Program-made: the position numbers and the translations under genes | Notes under the pieces: generated by a model | Databases searched by the model: none | What the model was told of the DNA's origin: nothing | Seen by the model: the letters and a program-made list of their open reading frames with translations, nothing else | Part shown: in pieces, positions 20,516 to 30,796 of the stretch | Numbering within the stretch: the first letter of the stretch is position 1 | Layout: the number at the start of each line of letters is the position of its first letter | DNA from: a bacterium | GTDB lineage: Bacteria; SAR324; NAC60-12 | Direction: 5' to 3' | DNA length: 64,000 nucleotides | NCBI GenBank assembly: GCA_965233585.1 | Contig: CBDDTI010000747.1 | Location: forward strand, 736,001-800,000

Positions 20516-21280
20516 ATGAATCGTTCTCATCTCTCAAAAATCCTCTTATCTCTTGCAATCCTTTTGTCTTTGGCAGTTTCTGCTTCTGCTCAACAAGAAG
20601 ATTCTCAACAGAATCTTTCGCAAAATGAACAGCTTGAAAATGAATTGCTTGAGGAGCGGGCTAGATATAATGCCATGAGGCAGGAGTTGGAAGATGAATT
20701 GCTTGAAGAAAGATCCATTTATGATGAGTTGTTGGAAAAATATGAAGTGCTTCAAAAACGTGCAGAAGAATATCAGGAGGCATTGAAACAAAAAAATACT
20801 GAAGATGCTTCTGCTAAATTGGCTCAAAGTCGCATGGTACAAATCCTGCGAGAAGAACTAGAGGCATCTCAAGCCAAGATAGATGAATTAGCCAATAGAG
20901 TGAGTGTCAGAGTTGAGTCACATCTTTTGTTTAAGCAAGGCACTGCTTATATTACGGCTGAAGGATTTAAAGTTTTGGATAAAATTGCCCCTGTATTGAA
21001 AGAACAAGTTGAGGGGCAACATATCCATGTAGAAGGACACACCGACTCCATCTTAATTTCAAAAAAACTACAAAAAATGTATCCAACTAATTGGGAACTT
21101 TCCACAGCACGTGCAGTCAAAGTTTTGCGATACCTTGTTGATGAACATGACTTTAAACCTTCACAACTCTCTGCAACAGGTTTTGGACCTTTTCAGCCGA
21201 TTGCTGACAACACCACGTATGAAGGTAGGAAAATAAACAGACGTGTTGAGTTTATCATCACCCCACCACAAAAACGTTAA
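20516..21280 (+). CDS. OmpA/MotB-family peptidoglycan-binding protein with coiled coil
   Basis: Signal peptide, coiled coil, VEGHTD, NWELSTARA, NRRVEF. Confidence 0.88.
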   Translation: MNRSHLSKILLSLAILLSLAVSASAQQEDSQQNLSQNEQLENELLEERARYNAMRQELEDELLEERSIYDELLEKYEVLQKRAEEYQEALKQKNTEDASAKLAQSRMVQILREELEASQAKIDELANRVSVRVESHLLFKQGTAYITAEGFKVLDKIAPVLKEQVEGQHIHVEGHTDSILISKKLQKMYPTNWELSTARAVKVLRYLVDEHDFKPSQLSATGFGPFQPIADNTTYEGRKINRRVEFIITPPQKR

Positions 21281-21355
21281 AGACGAAGAGACACATTGCA
21301 CCTGATACTAAACAAGTGGACTCTTGTGCAATGGTTTCTTTCGTCTGAAAACGTT
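21273..21355. repeat. Long imperfect inverted repeat (hairpin) after the OmpA/MotB-family gene
   Basis: AGACGAAGAGACACATTGCAC (21281-21301) versus GTGCAATGGTTTCTTTCGTCT (21326-21346), flanked by AACGTT on both sides. Confidence 0.65.
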
Positions 21356-21416
21356 GAGGTTTGCTTCTCTGAAGCAACTCTCAAACTCCTGCCATTTCTA
21401 AAACTCACAAAATTAC

Positions 21417-22286
21417 ATGTTGTCAAGCCGTAGCTGGATTATCTTCATTCCTCCAGTTGTTTGGGGACTTTCGTTTGTCGTCCAGCGGAACGCTACCTCA
21501 ATCATTGAACCATTTGGATTCAATGCCGCACGTTATTTAGTTGCGGCTTTGGTGGTGATTCCATTTTTTAGGCTTGGTCAATCTGACACAAATGTCAGCC
21601 TTCTCAAAAAAATTTATTTTGGCACATTGACTGGCATACTTTTGTATGGAGGTTCTGCGTTTCAACAAATTGGTCTTGAATTGACAACAGCAGGTAAATC
21701 TGCCTTCATTACGGGGTTGTATGTCATCTGGATTCCATGTTTGGCAAGGTTGCTAGGGCAGAAGATAGAAAAATCTGTTTGGCTGGGTGGGTGCATTGCA
21801 CTTGTTGGATTGTATCTATTGAGTGGCTTGGAAAGTGGAGACCTCAATCGTGGGGACGTGATGACTTTTTTAGGCTCAATTTGCTGGGCTGGACATGTCT
21901 TGATGGTGGAACGTTGCGCTAAAAGTCTCAATTCTTACAAATTTTGTGCATTGCAATTTATCGCCTGTTCCATTTTAAGTTTTTTTACGTCTTTGCAAGT
22001 TGAGCAAGTGACGTCAGAACAGTTACAAATGAGCATTTGGGGGATTCTCTACACGGGAGCAATTTCTGTTGGCATTGGACATACTTTGCAGACGATTGGG
22101 CAACGTTACGTGTCTTCTTCAAAAGCCGCATTGATTTTAAGCACAGAAGCCGTTTTTGGTGCGCTGTTTGGTTGGGTCTTTTTGTCAGAAATTCTTTCTC
22201 CAGTTGCCATGCTTGGCTGTGTTTTGATGTTTCTTGGTATTGTCATCTCTTTAAATCTCCAAATCCGCAAACAAGCCACTGCTTGA
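21417..22286 (+). CDS. EamA/DMT-family transporter
   Basis: About 10 TM segments; WGLSFV, TTAGKSAFITGLY, EAVFGALFG. Confidence 0.92.
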   Translation: MLSSRSWIIFIPPVVWGLSFVVQRNATSIIEPFGFNAARYLVAALVVIPFFRLGQSDTNVSLLKKIYFGTLTGILLYGGSAFQQIGLELTTAGKSAFITGLYVIWIPCLARLLGQKIEKSVWLGGCIALVGLYLLSGLESGDLNRGDVMTFLGSICWAGHVLMVERCAKSLNSYKFCALQFIACSILSFFTSLQVEQVTSEQLQMSIWGILYTGAISVGIGHTLQTIGQRYVSSSKAALILSTEAVFGALFGWVFLSEILSPVAMLGCVLMFLGIVISLNLQIRKQATA

Positions 22287-22398
22287 CTCCTTGCAAAAAA
22301 GACTCCTGTTTTTCACTGTTCAACAGGTTGAAAAACAATCGTCAATTTGTGTCAATCATTTTTGTCAAATTTTTCTAAACTCAAATCAAGGCATGATT

Positions 22399-23544
22399 TT
22401 ATTCTTCTAAATCAGGCAATGTGCCTTCAATGATAAAACGTTGTGTATTTTCGTAAGGTTCTTGGCTGACCAGACGAACAGACTTAAAGAGTGCCGCAGA
22501 GTTAAAAGACTCCAGTGAGTCAGGAATGCCTTGAGCTGAAACAGCACGTAGATGAAAGCGGACTTGATTTTTGTAATAGGTCAGACGTTCTAACCAAACA
22601 GAATTTGGAATGGTTTGCAGGGCATTTTTAAGATGTTGAAAAGTCGTAGAAGACTCCCGTTGCAAGCGATGATAAATTTTTGCAATATGACTGATTTGTT
22701 CCTGCTGTTTGATAAAGTCTTGTAACTGCGAAAGCTCCTGTTGGTCTCTTACCATGAGTGCTTCCAATTTGGCAATTTCTTGCAAATGGTCTTGAACTTG
22801 GTCTTGTAAAGATCTACTGAAAACATACACTCCTATCCAGATTAAGAGAGGCAAAAGGACGCTCAGCCAGTCTCTTCTTTTGAGCTTTGTATGCCATTTT
22901 AAACTTCTAAATTTGAATCTTTGAGGCAGATTGTGATTCAAAATCAAGGGAGCTTGCTCTTTCGTCATTTCCAGAATTTTGGCATGTTCTGCAAATGGAT
23001 ATAAATCTTGACTCCATTTGAGACCCTGCATTTCAGCAAATGGAGCAATCCACAATTTAATCAGATGCTTTTTGGTTTTTGAAAGACCAAGCACTTGACC
23101 TGCCCCACGAAAAATCAACACATTTTGCTCATGTTCTAATAGATACTTCACAAAGGCTAGCGAGGCAGGTCTCCAAATGTATTTTTGTTGCAGTTTGGTA
23201 AGTAATTCCTGACCAGCAGGAGAAAGACAGCTTAATAAAAATCCTTTGGCACTGCCGTCCACTGGGACAAAGGCTAAGCCAATATGTTCATTTGAGAGTT
23301 GGTGAGAAGTTGCAAAGTTTTGGACGTAGTGAATGGTTTCTAACTTGGAAAGTGAGCGGGTTTGTTGAAAACGAGTGAAAGCCCAAGGTGGTTCTAAAAA
23401 CAGGCAAATTGGTCTTTGAGCAAAGCCTTCTAAAAGCTCAAGAACAGCCTCAGGCTGGGGCGAATGAAGTTGATGAACTGACGTCTGGTCTTTGTCAACT
23501 ATGATGCACTGATGACGAGACAGCAGAACTCTAACAGTAGACAC
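22399..23544 (-). CDS. PilN/GspL-like inner-membrane protein
   Basis: Cytoplasmic domain, one TM segment, coiled coil, then IPNSVWLERL..FKSVRLVS, a PilN-like fold. Confidence 0.65.
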   Translation of the reverse strand: MSTVRVLLSRHQCIIVDKDQTSVHQLHSPQPEAVLELLEGFAQRPICLFLEPPWAFTRFQQTRSLSKLETIHYVQNFATSHQLSNEHIGLAFVPVDGSAKGFLLSCLSPAGQELLTKLQQKYIWRPASLAFVKYLLEHEQNVLIFRGAGQVLGLSKTKKHLIKLWIAPFAEMQGLKWSQDLYPFAEHAKILEMTKEQAPLILNHNLPQRFKFRSLKWHTKLKRRDWLSVLLPLLIWIGVYVFSRSLQDQVQDHLQEIAKLEALMVRDQQELSQLQDFIKQQEQISHIAKIYHRLQRESSTTFQHLKNALQTIPNSVWLERLTYYKNQVRFHLRAVSAQGIPDSLESFNSAALFKSVRLVSQEPYENTQRFIIEGTLPDLEE

Positions 23545-23573
23545 GGCTGAGACCTATCACTTCTGCAAAGTTT

Positions 23574-25163
23574 TTACCCATCTTGGCAAAGAGTCTGCCA
23601 GCAATATTGTCCACTTAGTGAAATGGTGTTGGGAGTTTTGGAAATGTAAGCAGAATTGACACGCAAATATTCCAAAACTTGAAAGACGTCTTCGCAGTCT
23701 TGGTCTAATGCCTTGGCACATTCTTCAGCAGTGCAAGACTTTTGTGTCTTTATAAAATCCAATATTTTTTTTTGGAGTTTTAAGATGTTTTCTGCGGCTT
23801 TTTTACCTGCTTCTACTCCCGGCTGGTGATAGGCATTGACATTGACCAATGTTGCATAAAATCCAACAGCACGTTCATACAAGGCGATTAATGCACCAAG
23901 TGAAAAGGCATCAAGTTTTTCAAGTGTGATGAGAATGGACTGCCTCTTGTTTTCTGAAAGTGCTTGACGAGAACCTAATAAAAACCCGTGTAAATAATCA
24001 CCAGACGTGGTCTGGTCTTCTACTTCAATAGAAGTTCCATGACGATTTTGCAAAATTTGAATGAATGTGACAAAAAAGTTATTGGCGCCCTCTCGCAGTT
24101 GTTGGATATAGGCATGTTGGTCAGTTGACCCTTTGTTGCCATAAACGACAAGACCTTGATTGACTTGTGAGCCATCAATCGCAAATTCTTTGCCCAATGA
24201 TTCCATCACAAGCTGTTGTAAGTAGCGTCCAAAATACTCAAGGCGGTCTTTGTAAGGTAAAATCACCATATCTTTTTGACCTGTTCCATGCCCTGCCAGA
24301 TACCATGACAACGCCAGCAACATTGACGGATTTTGCATAGCTTCAGGGGTGCGAGTAGCTTGGTCCATCGCTGATGCACCATCAAGGAATGATTGAATGG
24401 GAATACCTTGCAACGCAGCAGGAAGCAAACCGACTGCTGACAACTCTGAAGTCCTTCCACCAATCCAGTCCCACATTGGAAAGATTTTTAACCAGTTTTG
24501 ACTTTTGGCAAGGTTCTCTAAAGCACTGCCTTCCATCGTAATTGCCACAGCATGCCGACTAAAATTTAAATGATTCTGTGTGAAGAAAGATTCTATCTCC
24601 AGCATGCCGTTGCGGGTTTCTTTTGTGCCTCCAGATTTAGAAATGACAATGACCAATGTTTCATCAAGGGTAGGCTGGAGGGCTTTGAAAGTGTTGTCAA
24701 AGCCGTCAGGGTCAGTATTGTCAAGCAGGAAAAAATTCATAGGGGCATCTACATCGGCAATAGCACGGGAGACCATTTGGGGTCCAAGGGCAGAACCACC
24801 GACGCCTATAACCAACATGTTTTGAAACTTCTGACCTGACGGCGTTTGGATTGTGCCTTGATGAATTTTTGAGGAAAACTCTAAAATGTCAGTCATCGTC
24901 TGTTCAATGGCTTGGGATATTTGAACATTGGGGGCGAGTTTTGAGTCTCTCAACCAATAATGCCCAACCATACGATTTTCATCAGGGTTGGCAATCACAC
25001 CCTGTTCTAATTTTGCCATTTCAGCAATCGCAAAATCGGTTTGGGGCTTCATGCTTTCCAAAAAATCTGTCTCAAGATTCATCTTGGAAAAATCAATGCG
25101 GAATCCCAGACGTTCTTCAACCCAACACCACTGAAGGTAACTAAGCTGAAATTGATTAAACAT
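23574..25163 (-). CDS. pgi: Glucose-6-phosphate isomerase
   Basis: IGVGGSALGP, SKSGGTKET, GGRTS, QQLVMESLGK, QPGVEAGK. Confidence 0.96.
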   Translation of the reverse strand: MFNQFQLSYLQWCWVEERLGFRIDFSKMNLETDFLESMKPQTDFAIAEMAKLEQGVIANPDENRMVGHYWLRDSKLAPNVQISQAIEQTMTDILEFSSKIHQGTIQTPSGQKFQNMLVIGVGGSALGPQMVSRAIADVDAPMNFFLLDNTDPDGFDNTFKALQPTLDETLVIVISKSGGTKETRNGMLEIESFFTQNHLNFSRHAVAITMEGSALENLAKSQNWLKIFPMWDWIGGRTSELSAVGLLPAALQGIPIQSFLDGASAMDQATRTPEAMQNPSMLLALSWYLAGHGTGQKDMVILPYKDRLEYFGRYLQQLVMESLGKEFAIDGSQVNQGLVVYGNKGSTDQHAYIQQLREGANNFFVTFIQILQNRHGTSIEVEDQTTSGDYLHGFLLGSRQALSENKRQSILITLEKLDAFSLGALIALYERAVGFYATLVNVNAYHQPGVEAGKKAAENILKLQKKILDFIKTQKSCTAEECAKALDQDCEDVFQVLEYLRVNSAYISKTPNTISLSGQYCWQTLCQDG

Positions 25164-25203
25164 TTGAAATGAAATAAAAAAGAGAAGAGAGAGAACGCTA
25201 ACC

Positions 25204-25250
25204 GAAGGGCTTTTGCCTCAAATGAGAATTAAAAGACAAAAGCCTCTTTC
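25204..25250 (-). terminator. Hairpin downstream of ahpC (probable terminator)
   Basis: AGGGCTTTTGCCT...AGACAAAAGCCTCT inverted repeat. Confidence 0.5.
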
Positions 25251-25265
25251 TAAAGATTAGCTGTT

Positions 25266-25356
25266 TGCAAGATAGTTTGATGTGCCTCCGTGACTGGATT
25301 TTGGCAAACTACATAGGATTGTAGAGGTCTGCAAGGTAGTTTGATGTGCCTTCATG
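25266..25356 (-). repeat. 27-bp direct repeat duplicating the ahpC 3' end
   Basis: 25266-25292 versus 25330-25356, 24/27 identical; they encode HGGTSNYLA and HEGTSNYLA. Confidence 0.85.
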
Positions 25357-25950
25357 GGTGGGAGACATCGCTTTTTTGCCTTTGTCCCAGTTGGCGGGGC
25401 AAACTTCTCCGTGTTGCTCAAAATGTTGTAGGGCATCAATCGTACGCAAGACGCCATAAACACTTCTACCAAGAGGCATGTTATTGACAAGTTGATGTTG
25501 GACAATGCCATTTTTATCAATCAAAAACAACCCACGATACGCTACTAATTCACCTTCAACAGACACTTGACCGTCGCTGTCTTGGACATACTCACCTGCA
25601 AGCACTCCGTAATTTTCACTAATCGTTTTGTTGGTGTCTGCAACAAGAGGATAGGTGACTCCTCCGATACCGCCTTTGTCTTTGGGAATCTGTGACCAGC
25701 CCCAGTGGCTAAATTCTGTGTCTGTGGAACAACCCACGATTTGCACATCACGACTTTCAAAGTCTGATAACGCATCTTGAAAGGCGTGAAGTTCAGTGGG
25801 ACAAACGAAGGTAAAATCTTTGGGGTAGAAAAAGAAGACGACATACTTTTCGCCACGAAATTGACTTAACGTAAATTGGGGGACAATCTCTCCATTTGCA
25901 ACCGCATTGGCAGAGAAGTCGGGGGCAGTTTTTCCAACAAGTGTAGTCAT
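25309..25950 (-). CDS. ahpC: 2-Cys peroxiredoxin
   Basis: FYPKDFTFVCPTE and GEVCPANW. Confidence 0.95.
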   Translation of the reverse strand: MTTLVGKTAPDFSANAVANGEIVPQFTLSQFRGEKYVVFFFYPKDFTFVCPTELHAFQDALSDFESRDVQIVGCSTDTEFSHWGWSQIPKDKGGIGGVTYPLVADTNKTISENYGVLAGEYVQDSDGQVSVEGELVAYRGLFLIDKNGIVQHQLVNNMPLGRSVYGVLRTIDALQHFEQHGEVCPANWDKGKKAMSPTHEGTSNYLADLYNPM

Positions 25951-26129
25951 AATTGAATCCTTATATTTTTAAAAGTTAACAATAAGCTCTGAAAGCTAGC
26001 GTGATTGATTCCTCAAAGAACACCAACATTGAGACCATGTTCCCAAAGAACATGTCCCCTTGAAGAAGTCCACCAACTGAGGAAAAAAGGCATCATTGTA
26101 CGAAACCGAGAAAGTTTTGTCAACACAGC

Positions 26130-26630
26130 CTAGGTTTGCTCTTCTCCTTTAAGCATCACCAGAGGACCAGAACGCACCATCTCTAAAATTCCCAAATGCT
26201 GAAGCATCATCTCAATAGAGTCTATCTTTTCAGTATCTCCAGTAAATTCTACATGAATCACTTTGTCTGTCATTGTGAGTACCTTACCTTCAAAGTTTTG
26301 GATGATGTCAAAAATCTCTCGTCTTCGGGCAATCTCTGCATGTACTTTAAACAAGACTAATTCCCTGTGAATGACCTGATGTGCTTGGTGGTTGAAGGCA
26401 TGCTCCACATCTACCAATTTGTTGAGTTGTGCAACAATTTGTTGAGATTTATTGGTGTTGTGTTCTCCTTCTGCCACAATGGTCAATCTTGAAAAACGAT
26501 TGTTATGAGCAGGAGAGACAATGACAGAATGCAAATTGTATCCACGTCTGACAAAAGTTTGTAAAATCCGCATCAATGCCCCAAGATGATTGATGACCTT
26601 GATGCTGACTGTGAGTGTTGAGAGTTTCAT
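26130..26630 (-). CDS. ilvN: Acetolactate synthase small subunit
   Basis: ACT domain (GALMRI..RRGYN), QLNKLVDV, EMVRSG; directly downstream of ilvB. Confidence 0.93.
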   Translation of the reverse strand: MKLSTLTVSIKVINHLGALMRILQTFVRRGYNLHSVIVSPAHNNRFSRLTIVAEGEHNTNKSQQIVAQLNKLVDVEHAFNHQAHQVIHRELVLFKVHAEIARRREIFDIIQNFEGKVLTMTDKVIHVEFTGDTEKIDSIEMMLQHLGILEMVRSGPLVMLKGEEQT

Positions 26631-26649
26631 AATGTTTTTGATTGGAATC

Positions 26650-28356
26650 TTAAGTACTTCCCGTCGGTTTGGGCAGTTTAGTTTTGGGTGGTTCTAGCAA
26701 CATATCTTGATAAGTGCCTCCTGCGGGAATCATAGGGAAGACATTGTCTTCTTGTGAAACATGAGCATCAATGACGCAAGGACCAGCATAATCCAGTGCT
26801 TTTTTTAGAATCTTTTTGGTATCACTGACACGTTTGATGCGGAAGCCTGCCATGCCATAGGACGCTGCCAGCTTGACAAAATCAGGGTTGCCCTCCAAAT
26901 CCACACCATTTAAACGATTCTCAAAAAACATATTTTGCCACTGCCTCACCATTCCTAAAAACGCATTGTTGATGATTAATATTTTGATAGGAGTTTTTTG
27001 GAGAATGACGGTGGAAAGTTCTGCTTGTGTCATTTGAAAGCCTCCATCTCCCACAACAGCAATCACGATTTTGTCGGGGTGTGCCAGTTGTGCGCCAATC
27101 GCCGCAGGCATGCCAAATCCCATCGTTCCAGCTCCTCCGCTTGAAATCCATTGTCGTTCATACGAGCAAGGGTAAAATTGTGCTGCCCACATCTGGTGCT
27201 GTCCAACGTCGGTTGTCACAATGGCTTTGCCATCAGAGACTTCATAAATTTTACGAAGCACATATTGTGCAGTAAGTCCTTGCTGGTTGGAGTATTTAAG
27301 GGGGTATTCCTGTTTTAACGTTTTGATTTGTTTAAGCCACGACGAACGTTCTTGGGATTCAATGCTGGCAGTGAGTTCTTTTAAAGTATGGGTTGCGTCT
27401 CCACGAATCGCCAAATCTACTTGCACCGTTTTATTAAATTCAGCAGGGTCAATGTCAAGGTGAATCCTTTTGGCATTTTTGCAAAACTCCTCCACCTTTC
27501 CTGCCACACGGTCGTCCCACCTTGCCCCCACTGACAAAATCAAATCACAATCCAAAACTGCCTTGTTGGCATAAGCTGTGCCGTGCATACCAAGCATGCC
27601 AAGAGCAAGCTGATGACTTTCTGGGAATGCACCCTTGCCAAGTAAGGTATTCGTAACAGGAATGTTTCCTTTTTCTGCCAGCCGCAACAATGCCTCTCTT
27701 GCATAGGAGATGACTGCACCTTGACCAACATAAAGCAGGGGACGTCTTGAATAATTAATCATCTCTGCCGCTTTTCTCACGCTGTCTAAATCTACTTTGT
27801 GCCTATCGTGAATTTGGTAACCGGGCAATTCAACGTGGTCTATGAAGGGACTGGTGCATTCTGCACTTAAAACATCTTTGGGAATGTCAATTAAGATGGG
27901 ACCGGGTCTGCCCGTTGAGGCAATGTAAAAGGCTTCTTTCATCACTCTTGGCAGGTCATTTGGGTCTTTGACCAGATAGCTATGTTTGACAACTGGCATG
28001 GTGATTCCAAAAATATCTGCTTCTTGGAAGGCATCTAGTCCTAAATTAGTGGACAACGTCTGCCCTGAAATCACAATCAGCGGAGAAGAATCCATTTGAG
28101 CAGTCAAGAGACCTGTGACAGCGTTGGTTGCCCCAGGACCTGACGTGACCAAAACCACCCCCGGCTTACCTGAAGCACGAGCATAGCCGTCTGCCATGTG
28201 GGTTGCCCCTTGTTCGTGCCTCACCAACACAAGTTTAATCACCTTAGAGTCAAGAAGTGAATCAAAAATCGGAATACATGCACCACCGGGATACCCAAAA
28301 ACGTACTCCACTCCTTCTATTTCCAAAGACTTGATAACAACCTCAGATCCTTCCAT
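26650..28356 (-). CDS. ilvB: Acetolactate synthase large subunit
   Basis: [35 protein letters not shown]. Confidence 0.96.
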   Translation of the reverse strand: MEGSEVVIKSLEIEGVEYVFGYPGGACIPIFDSLLDSKVIKLVLVRHEQGATHMADGYARASGKPGVVLVTSGPGATNAVTGLLTAQMDSSPLIVISGQTLSTNLGLDAFQEADIFGITMPVVKHSYLVKDPNDLPRVMKEAFYIASTGRPGPILIDIPKDVLSAECTSPFIDHVELPGYQIHDRHKVDLDSVRKAAEMINYSRRPLLYVGQGAVISYAREALLRLAEKGNIPVTNTLLGKGAFPESHQLALGMLGMHGTAYANKAVLDCDLILSVGARWDDRVAGKVEEFCKNAKRIHLDIDPAEFNKTVQVDLAIRGDATHTLKELTASIESQERSSWLKQIKTLKQEYPLKYSNQQGLTAQYVLRKIYEVSDGKAIVTTDVGQHQMWAAQFYPCSYERQWISSGGAGTMGFGMPAAIGAQLAHPDKIVIAVVGDGGFQMTQAELSTVILQKTPIKILIINNAFLGMVRQWQNMFFENRLNGVDLEGNPDFVKLAASYGMAGFRIKRVSDTKKILKKALDYAGPCVIDAHVSQEDNVFPMIPAGGTYQDMLLEPPKTKLPKPTGST

Positions 28357-28491
28357 AATCTTTACTCTTCAAAATTGTTTGCAACAGGAAGATAATATCT
28401 TCAAAAAAACTAAAAATCAAATAAAATCTTAATCTTTTTTAAATTAATTCAAAAAATAAAACAAAAATTAATCCAAATCACTCAAATTCAT

Positions 28492-28520
28492 TTGAACAAA
28501 ATCAATTTTAAAAGTATATT
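28492..28520 (+). promoter_or_regulatory. Putative sigma70 promoter
   Basis: TTGAAC-17 nt-TATATT upstream of the 28572 ORF. Confidence 0.45.
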
Positions 28521-28571
28521 GAAACTGAAGAATCTTTCAAAACATCTCATCTTGAATTAAAAAGTAGTTTT

Positions 28572-29522
28572 ATGTCAAACATTGCAATCTTTGGTGGAAC
28601 AGGATTTATAGGGAGTCATCTCACAAAACATTTAGTGCAAGAGGGGCATCATTTGCATCTGTTGACCAGAACCTTGAAAAGTAAAGAACACGTCACCATG
28701 ACCAAAGGTCATGTGGAAAACCCAGATGATTTGAGCCACGTGTTACAAGACGTTGACGTTGCCATTTATTGCATAGGAATCATTCGGCAGTATCCTGATT
28801 TGTCATTTCAGCATGTGCATTTTGAGCTAGCCAAAAAGTGCATTGACCAGTCACTCCGTTCTGGCGTGCGTCATTTCGTGCTAATCAGTGCCAATGGTTC
28901 AAGACCCAACGGCACTGCTTATCAAAAAACTAAATTTTTAGCAGAAGAGTACCTCAAAAACTCTGGTCTCAGCTACACCATCTTAAAACCTTCATTGATT
29001 TTTGGAGAACCTGCAGAAGCAAACCAGATGGAATTTTGCAAGCAACTGGTCAAAGACATGCTGTCTCTGCCTAAACCTCTTGGCTATTTTGCACCACTTT
29101 TTTTCAAAGGATTCAGGCTGCATCAAGCAGGGCAATTTGAGCTTGCACCTGTGCATGTGAAAGACCTTGCATGGATTGTGGGACAGGTCGTTGCTGATTC
29201 GTCTTTTGCCAACCAAACCTTTCTTGTCTGTGGAACTCCTGTTTCTTTTAAAACCATCATTCAAACTCTGCTAAAAGCGATTGGTCAAAGGAAGTGTCTC
29301 GTTCCAATGCCTGCTTTCTTGGTGCAAAGCGTAGCATATTTTTTTGAAAACTTCCGATGGTTTCCTGTCAGTGTTGACCAGATGACCATGTTGTTAGAAG
29401 GCAACACGGCAGACTCTCAAAATGCAGAACACCCCCAAAAAAACATCATAGATCTTTTCCCCTCCCGTCAATGGCTTAATTTTGATACGGAGGCTTTGCA
29501 GTATTTAAACGACCTATCTTGA
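28572..29522 (+). CDS. Atypical SDR / NAD(P)H-binding protein (NDUFA9-like)
   Basis: FGGTGFIG, HFVLISANG, YQKTK, ILKPSLIFG. Confidence 0.85.
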   Translation: MSNIAIFGGTGFIGSHLTKHLVQEGHHLHLLTRTLKSKEHVTMTKGHVENPDDLSHVLQDVDVAIYCIGIIRQYPDLSFQHVHFELAKKCIDQSLRSGVRHFVLISANGSRPNGTAYQKTKFLAEEYLKNSGLSYTILKPSLIFGEPAEANQMEFCKQLVKDMLSLPKPLGYFAPLFFKGFRLHQAGQFELAPVHVKDLAWIVGQVVADSSFANQTFLVCGTPVSFKTIIQTLLKAIGQRKCLVPMPAFLVQSVAYFFENFRWFPVSVDQMTMLLEGNTADSQNAEHPQKNIIDLFPSRQWLNFDTEALQYLNDLS

Positions 29523-29610
29523 CAAACTTGACTAAACTTCTTGACAACAAACTCAAAACTATTTTAAAAGAATGACGTCTTTTTGCTTAATTCTTTTTAT
29601 TTGATTTGCT

Positions 29611-30789
29611 ATGAACACTCCAAAATCTAAGGCTGTGATTCAGTACAATCGCAACTATCCTTCTGTTGCCGATTTAAAAAAAGGGGCAGAACGTCGCATT
29701 CCCAAATTTGCGTTTGAATACCTTGTCGGCGGTTGCAACCACGATGAAAACTTACAAGCTAATCACGATGACTTGAAAAGCATCTTGCTAGAGCCTCAAT
29801 ACCTCACAAAGTATCAAGAACCTAACATGCAGACTGAATTATTTGGGCATGTTTACGATGCCCCCTTTGGCATCGCTCCTGTGGGATTACAAGGCATGAT
29901 TTGGCCTAATGCACCTGAAATCCTAGCCAAAGCCTCTCTCAAGCATAATGTGCCTTATATTCTAAGTACCGTCTCTACCTCTAGCATTGAACGTATCTCA
30001 GAGCTTTCAGAAGGACGTGCTTGGTTTCAGCTGTATCACCCCACTGAAGACAGCTTGCGAGATGACCTCATTCAACGAGCCTCCGATGCTCAATGTCCTG
30101 TGTTTGTGGTCATTGTGGACGTGCCTTCTTTTGGACACCGCCCAAGGGACATTCGCAATGGACTCTCCATGCCCCCCAAAATGTCTATCAGAAACATCTT
30201 ACAAGTGATGACCAAACCTGTCTGGGCATTGGAAACCTTGATTGCAGGGACGCCTCAATTTGCAACACTCAAAAAATACATGGACAGCAGTTTGAACCTG
30301 AAACAGCTTGGTGAGTTTATGAACCAGACTTTCACAGGCAGAATGGACAAGGACAAAGTCGCTGCTATCCGAGACCGCTGGAAAGGTGCATTAGTCTTAA
30401 AAGGCATTGTCAGTGAAGAAGACACGCAACATGCGATTGATTTGGGTGTAGATGGCATTATCGTCTCCAATCATGGTGGCAGACAGCTGGACATTGGGGA
30501 GTCTTCTATCAAACCGATGCAACGTCTTGCCAAAACGTTTCAAGGAAAAATCAAGGTGATGCTAGACAGCGGACTCACTGACGGAGCTGATGCCGCGAGG
30601 GCATTGGCAGTGGGTGCAGAGTTTACCTTCATGGGCAGGACGTTTCTCTATGGCGTTGGGGCATTGGGGCGTCAAGGTGGAGAACATACCCTTTCACTCC
30701 TTAAAACAGAACTCCAACAAATCATGGAACAAATTGGCTGTCAACGCATCAAAGACTTCCCCAAATTCTATATTCCTTCTTCAAAATAA
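29611..30789 (+). CDS. FMN-dependent alpha-hydroxy acid dehydrogenase (LldD-like)
   Basis: APVG, WFQLY, VLKGI, VSNHGGRQLD. Confidence 0.93.
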   Translation: MNTPKSKAVIQYNRNYPSVADLKKGAERRIPKFAFEYLVGGCNHDENLQANHDDLKSILLEPQYLTKYQEPNMQTELFGHVYDAPFGIAPVGLQGMIWPNAPEILAKASLKHNVPYILSTVSTSSIERISELSEGRAWFQLYHPTEDSLRDDLIQRASDAQCPVFVVIVDVPSFGHRPRDIRNGLSMPPKMSIRNILQVMTKPVWALETLIAGTPQFATLKKYMDSSLNLKQLGEFMNQTFTGRMDKDKVAAIRDRWKGALVLKGIVSEEDTQHAIDLGVDGIIVSNHGGRQLDIGESSIKPMQRLAKTFQGKIKVMLDSGLTDGADAARALAVGAEFTFMGRTFLYGVGALGRQGGEHTLSLLKTELQQIMEQIGCQRIKDFPKFYIPSSK

Positions 30790-30796
30790 CTAAACT

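Noticed and set aside
20516..21280. Flagellar stator motB
   Set aside because: No adjacent motA, and the N-terminus looks like a cleavable signal peptide without the MotB TM aspartate motif.
25257..25520. 87-aa ORF overlapping ahpC as a real gene
   Set aside because: An alternative-frame shadow; only its last codons are meaningful, as the duplicated ahpC tail.
28357..28571. ilv attenuator or leader peptide
   Set aside because: Very AT-rich, with no convincing terminator/antiterminator hairpins.
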